Origin: Chromatiales bacterium
GTDB lineage: Bacteria > Pseudomonadota > Gammaproteobacteria > Steroidobacterales > GCA-2729495
Direction: 5' to 3'
Assembly: GCA_020831895.1 (NCBI GenBank)
Contig: JAFIFS010000038.1
Location: 2,166 to 26,165, forward strand
DNA length: 24,000 nucleotides
Positions 1 to 9,093 of this stretch are shown in pieces. Below the pieces are notes generated by a model, which did not search any database, had not been told where the DNA came from, and saw only the letters and a program-made list of their open reading frames with translations. Positions within the stretch are counted from its first letter, which is position 1. Each line of letters starts with the position of its first letter. Both the position numbers and the translations under genes were made by a program.

Positions 1-797
1 CGTTTTACCCACTGCTCTATCTTGTCGATGCGCCCTTCACCCTGGTCGACACCCTGCGCGAGAACCTGGCGCTGCGCAGTGAGCTGCTGGCCCGGAACCG
101 GGAACTGGACGAGACCCTGCTCCTGACCAACGCGCGCCTGCAGCGGATGGCGGCCCTGGAGGCCGAGAACGCCCGCCTGCGTGCGCTGCTGGACTCCACC
201 GAGAATCTTCCCGGCCGGGTGCTCATCGCCGAGATCCTGTCGATCGACATGGACCCGCTGCGCCACCGGATCGTGCTGAACAGGGGACTTCGTGATGGCG
301 TGCACGCCGGCCAGGCGCTGATCGATGCCGAGGGGATCGTCGGACAGGTCACCCGGGAGCATGGGCGCACGGCCGAGGCGCTCCTGATCACCGACCCGGA
401 CCATGGCGTGCCCGTGGAGGTGGTTCGCAACGGTCTGCGCACGGTCGCAATGGGCACTGGTGACCTCGAACGTCTCTCGCTGCCGTTCCTCCCGCGCAAT
501 GCCGACATCCGGGCGGGCGACCTGCTCGTTACCTCGGGCCTGGGCGGAAGCTTCCCGGCAGGCTACCCGGTCGGCACAGTGCGTCGCGTCGACGACTCGG
601 CCGGCGCAGCGTTCAGCGAGGTCGATGCCGAACCCGCGGCACGACTGAACCGGATTCGCGAGGTGCTGCTCGTCTTTCCCGACGAGGTGGAGCGCGGCCA
701 CAGCATCCAGGACAGCCCGCCGGATCCGTCGGCCGGGGACGCGCCTGCGCCGGCGGATGATGCGCCTGAAACCGGAAACGGCGAGGCAGAGACATGA
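1..797 (+). CDS. mreC: Rod shape-determining protein MreC (5' partial; codon phase begins at nt 3)
   Basis: The frame containing ORF 147..797 stays open back to the window edge (FYPLLYLVDAPFTLVDTLRENLALRSELLARNRELDE...). It has a coiled-coil N-region, then a beta-rich core (EGIVGQV, LLVTSGLGGSFPAGYPVGTV) and a Pro/Ala/Asp-rich tail, as in MreC. The stop overlaps the mreD start (ATGA at 794-797), and mreD-mrdA-rodA follow. Confidence 0.9.
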   Translation, partial: FYPLLYLVDAPFTLVDTLRENLALRSELLARNRELDETLLLTNARLQRMAALEAENARLRALLDSTENLPGRVLIAEILSIDMDPLRHRIVLNRGLRDGVHAGQALIDAEGIVGQVTREHGRTAEALLITDPDHGVPVEVVRNGLRTVAMGTGDLERLSLPFLPRNADIRAGDLLVTSGLGGSFPAGYPVGTVRRVDDSAGAAFSEVDAEPAARLNRIREVLLVFPDEVERGHSIQDSPPDPSAGDAPAPADDAPETGNGEAET

Positions 798-1294
798 GCG
801 CCCGTCACGCCCCACTCTGGCCGGTCTGGCTCATGCTGCTGCTCGCGGCCATGCTCGAACTGCTGCCGCTGCCGGGCGGACTATCCCGGCTGGGCCCACC
901 CTGGACGGCAATGGTCGTGATCTACTGGGCGCTGATGTGGCCCGGGCGCGTGGCGATCGGCACGGCTTGGCTGGCCGGACTGCTGCTGGACGTGCTGCAG
1001 GGCAGCCTGCTGGGTCAGCATGCACTGTCTCTCAGCGTGACCAGCTATCTCGTGCTACGTTTCCACCTGCAGATGAGGATATTTCCGCTCTGGCAGCTGA
1101 CGATGACCGTGTTCTGCCTGCTGCTGCTCGAGGCGTTCCTGCGGCTGTGGATCGACGGGGTGGCCGGCGATGCCCGCGCCGGACTGATGCGCTTCGCGCC
1201 CGCGGTGACCGGGCTGATGGTCTGGCCGTTGCTGATGGCGCTGCTCGACCGCAGCCGTGAACGCCTCGAACGCCGCGAGAGCCGCTTTACCTGA
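794..1294 (+). CDS. mreD: Rod shape-determining protein MreD
   Basis: 166-aa polytopic hydrophobic protein (LELLPLPGGLSRLGPPW..., LLDVLQGSLLGQHAL...) that resembles MreD in size and pattern. It sits between mreC and mrdA. Confidence 0.85.
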   Translation: MSARHAPLWPVWLMLLLAAMLELLPLPGGLSRLGPPWTAMVVIYWALMWPGRVAIGTAWLAGLLLDVLQGSLLGQHALSLSVTSYLVLRFHLQMRIFPLWQLTMTVFCLLLLEAFLRLWIDGVAGDARAGLMRFAPAVTGLMVWPLLMALLDRSRERLERRESRFT

Positions 1295-1296
1295 GC

Positions 1297-3156
1297 ATGG
1301 CCGACAACCTTCGCATCAAGGATCACTGGCAGGAGCAGCGGCTGTTCCTGACCCGCGTCATCGTCACGGGGGTCGTGCTGCTGCTGCTCACCGGACTGGT
1401 CATAGGTCGACTTGTCCAGCTGCAGGTGGCCCAGTACGAGACGTTCTCGGCACAGTCCCAGGGCAACCGCATCCGCGTGCAGCCGGTGCCGCCGATTCGC
1501 GGTCTCATCCTCGACCGGAACGGCGAGGTGCTGGCCGAGAACATGCCGAGCTACCAGCTTGAGCTGGTGCCGGAGCAGGTACCTGACCTGCAGGACACGC
1601 TGGCCCGCCTGGTGGATCTCGGCCTGATCGAGGCCGAGGCACTTGAGGGTGTGCGACGCACAATCGCCAGCCGCAGGCGCTTCGACACGATCGCCATCGC
1701 CGAACGACTGGAGGAGGAACAGGTGGCCCTGTTCGCGGTCAACCGGCCGCACTTTCCGGGCGTCGACATCCGTGCGCGACTGGCACGCTACTACCGCCAC
1801 GGCCCAGCTATCGCGCATGTGCTGGGCTACATGGGCGGAATCGGTCCCGAAGACCAGGCGCGCATAGACCGGGCGGCCTACGCGGGTACCACGCATATCG
1901 GCAGGTCGGCAATCGAGCGGGCCTACGAGGCCCAGCTGCTCGGCACGGTCGGGCGCGAGGAGGTGCTGGTCAACGCCCACGGGCGGCGCATGCAGGTGCT
2001 GGGCCGCGGGCCGGCGAGGCCCGGCCGGGACCTGATCCTCACCATTGATATCGAGACACAGCTTGCTGCCTACGAGGCGCTCGGCGGCCAACGGGGCGCC
2101 GTGGTGGCGATCGATCCGCGCAACGGGGAGGTGCTGGCGCTGGTCAGCACGCCCAGCTTCGACCCGACGGCGCTCAGCACGGGCATCAGCCGTCGAGACT
2201 TTCTTGCTCTGCAGGAAAACGAGGACCGGCCGCTGTTCAATCGTGCACTGCGCGGCCAGTACCCGCCGGGCTCGACCATCAAGCCGATCATGGGTCTGGC
2301 CGGACTGCACTACAACGTGGTCACCCCCGGACACCGGATGATGTGCCGGGGCTTCTACCAGCTGCCGGGGAGCCGGCACCGCTTCAGGGACTGGCGTCCG
2401 CAGGGCCACGGCATGGTCGATCTGCACGAGAGCATCGTGCAGTCCTGCGACGTTTACTTCTACGACCTCGCGCGCGAGATGGGCATCGAGCGAATGGCTG
2501 CCTTCCTGCAGACATTCGGGCTCGGCGGGACCTCCGGGCTGGATATACCAGGCGAGCAGCCTGGCCTGGTTCCCACCCCGGCCTGGAAGCGCACGGCGTT
2601 CCGCAACCCGCAGGACCAGGCCTGGTTTCCAGGAGAGACCGTGATTGCCGGGATCGGCCAGGGCTACATGCTTACCACGCCGCTACAGCTCGCCTGGTCG
2701 ACGGCGACCGTGGCCGCCCGGGGCGTGCGCTACCGTCCACAGCTGCTGCTTGGCCAGCGCGACCCCCTGAGCGGGCAGGTTTGGCTCAGTGAACCCGAAC
2801 TCCAGGAGCCGGTGCCCGTTGGCGACGCGCAACAGTGGGCGGTGGTCATCGATGCGATGCGCGATGTGCTGCACGGGCCACGGGGAACCGCGCGTGCAGT
2901 GGGCCAGGGCGCACTGATAGAGATCGCCGGAAAAAGCGGGACGGCACAGGTTTTCACGGTTGCCCAGGATCAGCGCTACGAGGATCTCGACGTGCCCGAG
3001 CGGCTCCGCGACCATGCCCTGTTCGTGGCGTTCGCTCCGATCGAGGCACCGAGCATCGCCGTGGCAGTGATCGTCGAGAACGGGGAAAGCGGCAGCCGGG
3101 TGGCGGCCCCCGTGGCCCGACAGGTGATCGAAACCCACCTCAGGCTCGGCTCATGA
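1297..3156 (+). CDS. mrdA: Penicillin-binding protein 2 (elongasome transpeptidase)
   Basis: 619 aa with an N-terminal TM anchor. Carries the class B PBP motifs SxxK (PGSTIKP), SxD/N (QSCDVYF) and KSG (GKSGTAQ). Located upstream of rodA. Confidence 0.95.
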   Translation: MADNLRIKDHWQEQRLFLTRVIVTGVVLLLLTGLVIGRLVQLQVAQYETFSAQSQGNRIRVQPVPPIRGLILDRNGEVLAENMPSYQLELVPEQVPDLQDTLARLVDLGLIEAEALEGVRRTIASRRRFDTIAIAERLEEEQVALFAVNRPHFPGVDIRARLARYYRHGPAIAHVLGYMGGIGPEDQARIDRAAYAGTTHIGRSAIERAYEAQLLGTVGREEVLVNAHGRRMQVLGRGPARPGRDLILTIDIETQLAAYEALGGQRGAVVAIDPRNGEVLALVSTPSFDPTALSTGISRRDFLALQENEDRPLFNRALRGQYPPGSTIKPIMGLAGLHYNVVTPGHRMMCRGFYQLPGSRHRFRDWRPQGHGMVDLHESIVQSCDVYFYDLAREMGIERMAAFLQTFGLGGTSGLDIPGEQPGLVPTPAWKRTAFRNPQDQAWFPGETVIAGIGQGYMLTTPLQLAWSTATVAARGVRYRPQLLLGQRDPLSGQVWLSEPELQEPVPVGDAQQWAVVIDAMRDVLHGPRGTARAVGQGALIEIAGKSGTAQVFTVAQDQRYEDLDVPERLRDHALFVAFAPIEAPSIAVAVIVENGESGSRVAAPVARQVIETHLRLGS

Positions 3157-4280
3157 GCCTCGCGCTGGAGACGCGCAGCCACCGGCCGTTGACAACCTTC
3201 GGGCAGCTGCTGGCCCGGCTGCATCTCGACGGCATCCTGCTGGCGGGGCTCGTCGGCGTCATGGCCATCGGACTGCTCGCCATCTACAGCGCCAAGGGCC
3301 AGCAGCTGCCGGAGGTCACCGGCCAGCTCGCACGCATGATGGTAGCGCTCGCGGCCATGCTGCTGATGGCGCAGGTGAACCCGGTCTGGCTGCGGCGCGT
3401 GGCGCCGTTCGCCTACGTCGGTGGCGTACTGCTGCTGCTGCTGGTGCTGCTGGCCGGCGAGGTGGGCAAGGGGGCCCAGCGCTGGCTCAACGTGGGCATC
3501 CGCTTCCAGCCCTCGGAAATCATGAAGCTCGCCGTGCCGATGGCCCTGTGCGCGCTGCTGCACGACCGGGCCCTGCCCCCGCGCTTTCCGATGCTGATTC
3601 TCATGCTGATGCTGATTGCCGTGCCGGTGCTGATGATCGCCGTGCAGCCAGACCTGGGCACGGCCATACTCATCACTCTCAGCGGTGTTGCAGTCATATT
3701 CCTTGCCGGTATAGCCCGGCGCTGGATCATCGCGGGAATCGTCCTGGCGCTGGCCGCAATGCCGGCCCTGTGGCTGGTCATGCACGATTACCAGCGCAGC
3801 CGGGTGCTGACGATGTTCGACCCGACCAGCGACCCGCTGGGCGCGGGTTACCACATCATCCAGTCCAAGATCGCGATCGGCTCGGGCGGGGTATTCGGCA
3901 AGGGCTGGCTGAATGGCACGCAGGGCCAGCTCGAATTCCTGCCCGAGCGCTCGACCGACTTCATCTTTGCCGTCATCGGTGAGGAATTCGGGCTCCTGGG
4001 GGCCTTGCTGCTGCTGCTGCTCTACCTTGTCGTTACCGCACGGGGCCTGGTGATTGCCGTGCTGGCGCAGGACACATTCTCCAGACTGATGGCCGGCGCT
4101 CTCAGCGTGACGTTCTTTTTCTATGTGTTCGTCAACACCGCGATGGTGATGGGCCTGCTGCCGGTGGTCGGCGTGCCCTTGCCGCTGGTCAGCGCGGGCG
4201 GCACCTCGATGGTGACCCTGCTTGCGGGTTTCGGTATTCTCATGTCCATACACACCCACAGAAAGCTTGTGACCCGATGA
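3153..4280 (+). CDS. mrdB: Peptidoglycan glycosyltransferase RodA (SEDS family)
   Basis: Track ORF 2835..4280 is over-extended. The in-frame ATG at 3153 (MSLALETRSHRPL...) overlaps the mrdA stop (ATGA) and gives about 375 aa. The protein is polytopic with SEDS signatures (RWLNVGIRFQPSEIMKL, QPDLGTA, SDFIFAVIGEEFG, GVPLPLVSAGGTS). Confidence 0.93.
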   Translation: MSLALETRSHRPLTTFGQLLARLHLDGILLAGLVGVMAIGLLAIYSAKGQQLPEVTGQLARMMVALAAMLLMAQVNPVWLRRVAPFAYVGGVLLLLLVLLAGEVGKGAQRWLNVGIRFQPSEIMKLAVPMALCALLHDRALPPRFPMLILMLMLIAVPVLMIAVQPDLGTAILITLSGVAVIFLAGIARRWIIAGIVLALAAMPALWLVMHDYQRSRVLTMFDPTSDPLGAGYHIIQSKIAIGSGGVFGKGWLNGTQGQLEFLPERSTDFIFAVIGEEFGLLGALLLLLLYLVVTARGLVIAVLAQDTFSRLMAGALSVTFFFYVFVNTAMVMGLLPVVGVPLPLVSAGGTSMVTLLAGFGILMSIHTHRKLVTR

Positions 4281-5311
4281 GCCAAAACCTGCGTGGCCTG
4301 CTTCCGCGTATTGCATGCCTTGCAGCATGTGCGGCCCTCCCGATGAACGCCGCGGTGGGCTTCGACGCCAGCCGCACCGACGTGCGCCAGTTCATCAGCG
4401 AATTGTCGACCACCCACGACTTCGAGGCCGGCTATATCGCCAGCATACTGGCGGGACTGCGAAGCCAGCAGGTCATACTCGATGCAATCAGCCGCCCCGC
4501 CGAGCGCGTGCGGCCGTGGCATGAATACCGGCAGATCTTCCTCACGCAGCCACGCATCAGCGGGGGCGCCGCTTTCATCGAGGAACATGCAGCACGGCTG
4601 GAACGCACAGCGGCCCGGACCGGCGTTCCGCCCGAGATGATCGCGGCGATCATCGGCGTGGAAACCTTCTACGGCGCGCGGACCGGCACCCACCGCGTGG
4701 TCGAGGCGTTGGCCACGCTGGCCTTCGACTATCCGCCGCGCAGCAGTTTCTTCCGCTCGGAGCTGATGCACCTGTTCCTGCTCGCCAGGGAGGAGGGCCT
4801 GGAGCTCACTGAACTGCGCGGCTCCTACGCCGGCGCCATGGGCGCGCCCCAGTTCATCGCCAGCAGCTACCGGGCCTATGCGGTGGATGGCAGCGGCAAC
4901 GGGCGGCGCGACCTGTTCAATGACTGGGACGACATCGTGGCCAGCGTCGCCAACTATTTCGTTGCCCACCGCTGGCGTTCCGGGGAACCGGTCGCGGCGC
5001 CAGCCCGGCTGACCAATCCGGCTGCCAGGCCCGAAGGCCCCAACCAGCTGAGGCTGGATGATACGGTCGGCGGCCTGCGCGCCCGCGGAGTCGAGTTCAG
5101 CACCAACCTGCCGGACGATGCCCCTGCACAGCTCCACCGACTCGATGGAATCGATGGCGACGAGTACTGGGTCGGGTTCCACAACTTCTACGTGATCACG
5201 CGCTACAACCGCAGCGTCATGTATGCGCTTGCAGTCCACCAGCTGGCCGAGGCGATTGCCGAGGAAGCCGGCAAGACCCGGGCGCAGGTCGCGGGGACGG
5301 GCGCGCCATGA
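4277..5311 (+). CDS. mltB: Lytic murein transglycosylase B (lipoprotein)
   Basis: 344 aa. Signal peptide with a lipobox-like LAAC. MltB/Slt35-like core (IIGVETFYG, GSYAGAMGAPQFIASSY, FYVITRYNRS). Has ATGA overlaps with both neighbouring genes. Confidence 0.85.
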   Translation: MSQNLRGLLPRIACLAACAALPMNAAVGFDASRTDVRQFISELSTTHDFEAGYIASILAGLRSQQVILDAISRPAERVRPWHEYRQIFLTQPRISGGAAFIEEHAARLERTAARTGVPPEMIAAIIGVETFYGARTGTHRVVEALATLAFDYPPRSSFFRSELMHLFLLAREEGLELTELRGSYAGAMGAPQFIASSYRAYAVDGSGNGRRDLFNDWDDIVASVANYFVAHRWRSGEPVAAPARLTNPAARPEGPNQLRLDDTVGGLRARGVEFSTNLPDDAPAQLHRLDGIDGDEYWVGFHNFYVITRYNRSVMYALAVHQLAEAIAEEAGKTRAQVAGTGAP

Positions 5312-6177
5312 AGAGGGGCACCAGTCCGGTCAGGCGCGGGGGGCTGCACGCCCTGACACTTCTGACTCTCGCAGCCCTGGCCGGCTGCGCAGCACTGCCC
5401 ACCGGCGACCCGCAACCCCGCACGGTCCTGCCGCCGATCGACCCACCTGCGAGGGCGGTCGTCGTGCCCGGCCCGGAGCCGGGCACCGAGGTCGTGATCG
5501 GAGCAGCGCGCGGCAATCCCCCGTTTTACGACGTTTTCGGCCAGCGCTACTTCGTGCTGCCGACCAGCGCCGGCTATCGCGAACAGGGCGTGGCCTCCTG
5601 GTACGGGCCGGACTTCCACGGCAAGCTGACCTCCACCGGCGAGGTCTACGATATGTACCAGCTGACGGCTGCCCACCCGACGCTGCCGCTACCGACGATG
5701 GTCCGGGTAACGAACCTGACCAACGGCCTGAGCGTGGAAGTGCTCGTGAACGATCGCGGACCTTTCGCCCGGAACAGGATCATCGATCTGTCCTATTCCG
5801 CGGCGAAGGCCATCGACATGATCGGACCGGGCACGGCGCCAGTCGAGGTCGAGGCGCTCAACGTCGTGTACCGCAGCGCTGCAGACGCCGGGATCAGCGA
5901 AAGCCAGGTGAGGGTGGCGGCGGCCACCGTGATCCCGGATCGCGAGATGTTCATCCAGGTAGGAGCCTACACCCAGCGGGAGAACGCCCAGCTGATGAAG
6001 CAGCGGGTCCGCAACAACGGGCTCGGCGCGGCGCGCCTGCAGCACGACCGTCAGCGTGGCCTGTACCTGGTGCATGTGGGCCCGATCGTCGACGCGGCAG
6101 AGTATGATCTGATGCTCGAGCGGATGCGCGCCCTAGGCATCCTGGAAACGCAACTGGTTACGGTTCCCGTACGATGA
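5308..6177 (+). CDS. rlpA: Septal-ring lytic transglycosylase RlpA (DPBB plus SPOR domains, lipoprotein)
   Basis: Lipobox LAGC. DPBB core (GVASWYGPDFHGKLTSTGEVYDMYQLTAAHPTLPLPTMVRVTNLTNG...VNDRGPF). C-terminal SPOR-like segment (FIQVGAYTQRENAQ...LYLVHVGP). Confidence 0.9.
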   Translation: MKRGTSPVRRGGLHALTLLTLAALAGCAALPTGDPQPRTVLPPIDPPARAVVVPGPEPGTEVVIGAARGNPPFYDVFGQRYFVLPTSAGYREQGVASWYGPDFHGKLTSTGEVYDMYQLTAAHPTLPLPTMVRVTNLTNGLSVEVLVNDRGPFARNRIIDLSYSAAKAIDMIGPGTAPVEVEALNVVYRSAADAGISESQVRVAAATVIPDREMFIQVGAYTQRENAQLMKQRVRNNGLGAARLQHDRQRGLYLVHVGPIVDAAEYDLMLERMRALGILETQLVTVPVR

Positions 6178-7322
6178 TCCCTCTCGCGCTCCGTGCATTC
6201 GCTGCTGCCCTGCTGTTGTTCGTCACGACTGCCGCCGTGCTGGCCAGCACGGTTCCCGTCCCTTCGCCGCCGGCTGGCACAGCCCGGGCATACCTGCTGG
6301 TCGATCACAACAGCGGGCAGGTGCTGGCCAGCCTGAACGAGCATGAGCGACTGGACCCGGCCAGCATCACGAAACTGATGACGGCTTATGCGGCTTTCCG
6401 TGCGTTGCGTGACGGCCGGATCAACCTCGATGACGAGGTCACCGTGAGCGAGCGCGCCTGGCGCACCGGCGGGTCACGCACCTTCATCGAGGTCGGGTCA
6501 CGCGTGACGGTGAGCGACCTGCTCCAGGGGATGATCGTGCAATCCGGAAACGATGCCAGTGTCGCGCTCGCTGAGCACATCGCCGGAGCCGAGGACACGT
6601 TCGCCCAGCTGATGAACCAGCATGCAGCGGAACTGGGCATGAACAACACCAGTTACCGCAACAGCACGGGCCTCCCGGCGGCCGACCACTTTACGTCGGC
6701 AGCCGACATCGCGACGCTGGCCTCTGCAATAATCCGCGAGTTCCCTGAGTACTACAGCTGGTACTCCCAGCTCGAGTTCACCTACAACGGCATCACGCAG
6801 CGCAACCGGAACACGCTGCTCACCCGGAACACCGGAGTGGATGGCCTCAAGACGGGCTACACGGAGAGTGCCGGCTACTGCCTGGTCACCTCGGCCGAGC
6901 GGGACGGAATGCGGCTCATAGCGGTAATCCTCGGAACGGGCAGCCCGAACGCAAGGGCACGCGAGTCCGAGGCGCTGCTGAACTACGGATTCCGCTTCTT
7001 CGAGACACGCCGACTGTTCGACGCGGGAAGCCAGGCGACCGAGGCGAGGATCTGGAAAGGCGAGCGGGAGACCACGCCGCTTGGAACCCGCGAGGCGGTC
7101 TATGTCACCGTGCCGCGCGGTGCCGCAGGCCAGCTTGATGTCCAGTTCGAGCTGCCCGCCCAGCTGCTTGCGCCAGTACATCCGGACAGCCCGCTCGGCC
7201 AGCTGCGCGTGACCCTTGGCGGAGAGACCCTGCGCGAGGCTGCCCTCTTCCCCCTGGAGCCTGTTGCGACGGGATCATTCTGGCAGCGCACCCGCGACTC
7301 CGTCCTGCTCTGGTTCCAGTAG
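6174..7322 (+). CDS. dacA: D-alanyl-D-alanine carboxypeptidase (PBP5/6 family)
   Basis: Signal peptide plus the SxxK (ASITKLMT), SxN (QSGND) and KTG (LKTGYT) motifs, followed by a C-terminal PBP5 beta-domain. Assignment to a specific paralogue (dacA versus dacC) is at family level only. Confidence 0.9.
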   Translation: MIPLALRAFAAALLLFVTTAAVLASTVPVPSPPAGTARAYLLVDHNSGQVLASLNEHERLDPASITKLMTAYAAFRALRDGRINLDDEVTVSERAWRTGGSRTFIEVGSRVTVSDLLQGMIVQSGNDASVALAEHIAGAEDTFAQLMNQHAAELGMNNTSYRNSTGLPAADHFTSAADIATLASAIIREFPEYYSWYSQLEFTYNGITQRNRNTLLTRNTGVDGLKTGYTESAGYCLVTSAERDGMRLIAVILGTGSPNARARESEALLNYGFRFFETRRLFDAGSQATEARIWKGERETTPLGTREAVYVTVPRGAAGQLDVQFELPAQLLAPVHPDSPLGQLRVTLGGETLREAALFPLEPVATGSFWQRTRDSVLLWFQ

Positions 7323-7341
7323 GCGGGCGGGACCGGCGCAG

Positions 7342-8199
7342 ATGGCCAGCCCGCACCCCGTGGCCTGGTACAACGGCAGTTTCCTGCCGCTGTCCGAGGT
7401 CAGGATCTCGCCGCTGGACCGCGGGTTCCTCTTTGCCGACAGCATCTATGAGGTGATACCGGTCTTCGCCGGCCGGCCTTTCCTGCTCGAGGCCCATCTC
7501 GCGCGACTGGACGCAGGCCTCGCGGGGACCGGGATCGGGAATCCCTGCACAGACAGCGAATGGCGGGCACTGGTCTCGGGCCTCGTCGAGCGCAACGGCG
7601 GTGGCACCATGGCCGTCTACCTGCAGGTTACCCGGGGCGCCGATGCTGGCCGCGATCACCGATTCCCGGACCGGGCGCGGGTTGCGCCCAACCTGTTTGC
7701 CATGGCGAGCCCAGTACCGGATCCACACCCGGACCAGGCAGGCATCCGGGCGATCACGCTGCCGGACCAGCGCTGGGCACGGTGTGACCTCAAGTCGACC
7801 GGCCTGCTGCCCAACGTGCTGGCAAGACAGGCAGCGCATGAGGCCGGCACGGGGGAGGCCCTGCTGCTGCGCGATGGCGTACTCACGGAAGCCTCTACGA
7901 GCTCGGTGATCGTCGTCGAAAAAGACGTTCTGCTGCGGCGGCCGGCAGGGCGCCAGGTGCTGCCCGGTACAACCATCGATGCGGTCGTCGAGTGCGCGAC
8001 TCGCGCCGGGTATGAGTGCCGCGCCGAGCTGGTCAGCGAAACCAGGCTGCGCGCAGCCGACGAGATATGGGTGGCTGCGGCGACACGCGGAGTGATCCCG
8101 GTCACCCAGCTTGACGGAGCTCCGGTGGGTACGGGCCGCCCCGGCCCCGTATGGGCACGCGTGGCACCTCTCTTCGAGGCCATCAAGCGTGGCGACTGA
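7342..8199 (+). CDS. dat: D-amino-acid (D-alanine) aminotransferase, PLP fold type IV
   Basis: Track ORF 7216..8199 overlaps dacA, so I take the in-frame ATG at 7342 (MASPHPVAWYNGSF...) as the likely start. It aligns closely by eye to Bacillus Dat (DRGFLFADSIYEV, YLQVTRG...RDHRFP, QRWARCDLKSTGLLPNVLARQAAHEAG..EALLLRDGVLTEASTSSV). Confidence 0.85.
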   Translation: MASPHPVAWYNGSFLPLSEVRISPLDRGFLFADSIYEVIPVFAGRPFLLEAHLARLDAGLAGTGIGNPCTDSEWRALVSGLVERNGGGTMAVYLQVTRGADAGRDHRFPDRARVAPNLFAMASPVPDPHPDQAGIRAITLPDQRWARCDLKSTGLLPNVLARQAAHEAGTGEALLLRDGVLTEASTSSVIVVEKDVLLRRPAGRQVLPGTTIDAVVECATRAGYECRAELVSETRLRAADEIWVAAATRGVIPVTQLDGAPVGTGRPGPVWARVAPLFEAIKRGD

Positions 8200-8455
8200 G
8201 GACGAGAGCCCGCTCAGGTTCCCTTGCCGCTTCCCGATCAAGGTGATGGGCCGGAACACGCCGGAATTCGAGACCCTGGTGATGCAGACTATAGCTCTGC
8301 ACGCAGGAGAGTCGCCGATGGACATCGACCGGCGCCAAAGCAGCGGCGGCCGCTTTGTGTCGGTCACCGTGACCATCACCGCGGAAAGCCGCGACCAGCT
8401 GGACTGCATCTACCGCTCGCTCACCGCCAGCGAGCAGGTACTTTTCGCCCTGTGA
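8189..8455 (+). CDS. ybeD: YbeD/DUF493 family protein
   Basis: Matches E. coli YbeD in length and motifs (FPCRFPIKVMG..., SSGGRFVSVTVTI). Located upstream of lipB, as in many Proteobacteria. I chose the GTG at 8189, which has a GAGG 9 nt upstream and gives 88 aa. The track start at 8111 would overlap dat by 89 nt. The start is uncertain. Confidence 0.8.
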   Translation: MATEDESPLRFPCRFPIKVMGRNTPEFETLVMQTIALHAGESPMDIDRRQSSGGRFVSVTVTITAESRDQLDCIYRSLTASEQVLFAL

Positions 8456-9093
8456 CGGCCCGCTGCCAGGGGATAGTCCATCGCTGGCTGGGTCGGCAGA
8501 GGTTCGTTCCCGTACATGCGCGGATGCTGGCCTTCACGCAGGCCCGCGTCGCCGACACGCCTGACGAGCTGTGGTTCCTGGAGCATGAACCTGTTTACAC
8601 GCTGGGTATCAGCCGGCGCCGCGAGCACGTGATCGACCCGGGCCCGATACCCGTGATCGAGACCGACCGGGGCGGGCAGGTTACCTACCATGGACCAGGC
8701 CAGCTGGTTGCCTACACGCTGCTGGACCTCCGCCGCCGGAACCTCGACATACGCAGCCTCGTCAGCGCGCTTGAACAGTCGGTCATCGCGCTGCTGGACA
8801 GCCTCGGCATCGCTGCGCGGAGCCGCTGCGATGCGCCGGGCGTTTACGTCGCCGGTGCCAAGATTGCGAGCATCGGCCTGCGGATCCGCCACGGCTGCAG
8901 CTATCACGGCATGGCGCTGAATGTCGCGATGGACCTGGCCCCGTTCGCCCGGATCAACCCCTGCGGCTTTCCCGGCATGGCAGTGACGGACCTGCGCGAG
9001 CTGGGCGGACCCGCGGACCTGGCGACAGTCCGGGAAGCCCTGCTGCCGGAGCTGATCAGCCGCCTTGCCCCGCTGCCCCCAGGCGCTTCCTGA
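8452..9093 (+). CDS. lipB: Octanoyltransferase LipB
   Basis: The GTG at 8452 overlaps the ybeD stop (GTGA) and gives 213 aa, the same length as E. coli LipB. Conserved blocks: [60 protein letters not shown]. Confidence 0.9.
   Translation: MTARCQGIVHRWLGRQRFVPVHARMLAFTQARVADTPDELWFLEHEPVYTLGISRRREHVIDPGPIPVIETDRGGQVTYHGPGQLVAYTLLDLRRRNLDIRSLVSALEQSVIALLDSLGIAARSRCDAPGVYVAGAKIASIGLRIRHGCSYHGMALNVAMDLAPFARINPCGFPGMAVTDLRELGGPADLATVREALLPELISRLAPLPPGAS

Noticed and set aside
1045-2427. 460-aa ORF on the minus strand, antisense to mreD/mrdA
   Set aside because: Arg/Ala/Pro-rich low-complexity translation with no motifs. It lies entirely opposite a confidently identified PBP2 gene. This is a typical high-GC shadow ORF.
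2835-3152. N-terminal extensions of track ORFs. This entry covers the rodA extension. Similar cases are dat 7216-7341, ybeD 8111-8188, lipB 8224-8451, surA 12011-12055, apaG 14779-15303 and the DUF4870-like gene 19743-19820.
   Set aside because: The extensions overlap upstream genes, are Arg/Gly-rich nonsense and are not present in homologues. Internal starts give homologue-like lengths. Those for surA and the DUF4870-like gene have a clear SD (GAGG for ybeD), and those for rodA and lipB sit in ATGA/GTGA overlaps.
2976-4328. 450-aa minus-strand ORF with His/Gln-rich runs (HQHRHGNQHQHENQH, QQQQQQ)
   Set aside because: It is the reverse-complement reading of the Leu/Met/Val-rich rodA membrane segments (CTG repeats read as CAG). 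It has no independent support.
5223-6107. 294-aa plus-strand ORF, out of frame within rlpA
   Set aside because: Extremely Arg/Gly/Pro-rich. The overlapping frame encodes a clear RlpA with lipobox, DPBB and SPOR domains.
7105-8409. 434-aa minus-strand ORF opposite dacA, dat and ybeD
   Set aside because: It has no recognisable domains and spans three well-supported plus-strand genes. Shadow ORF.
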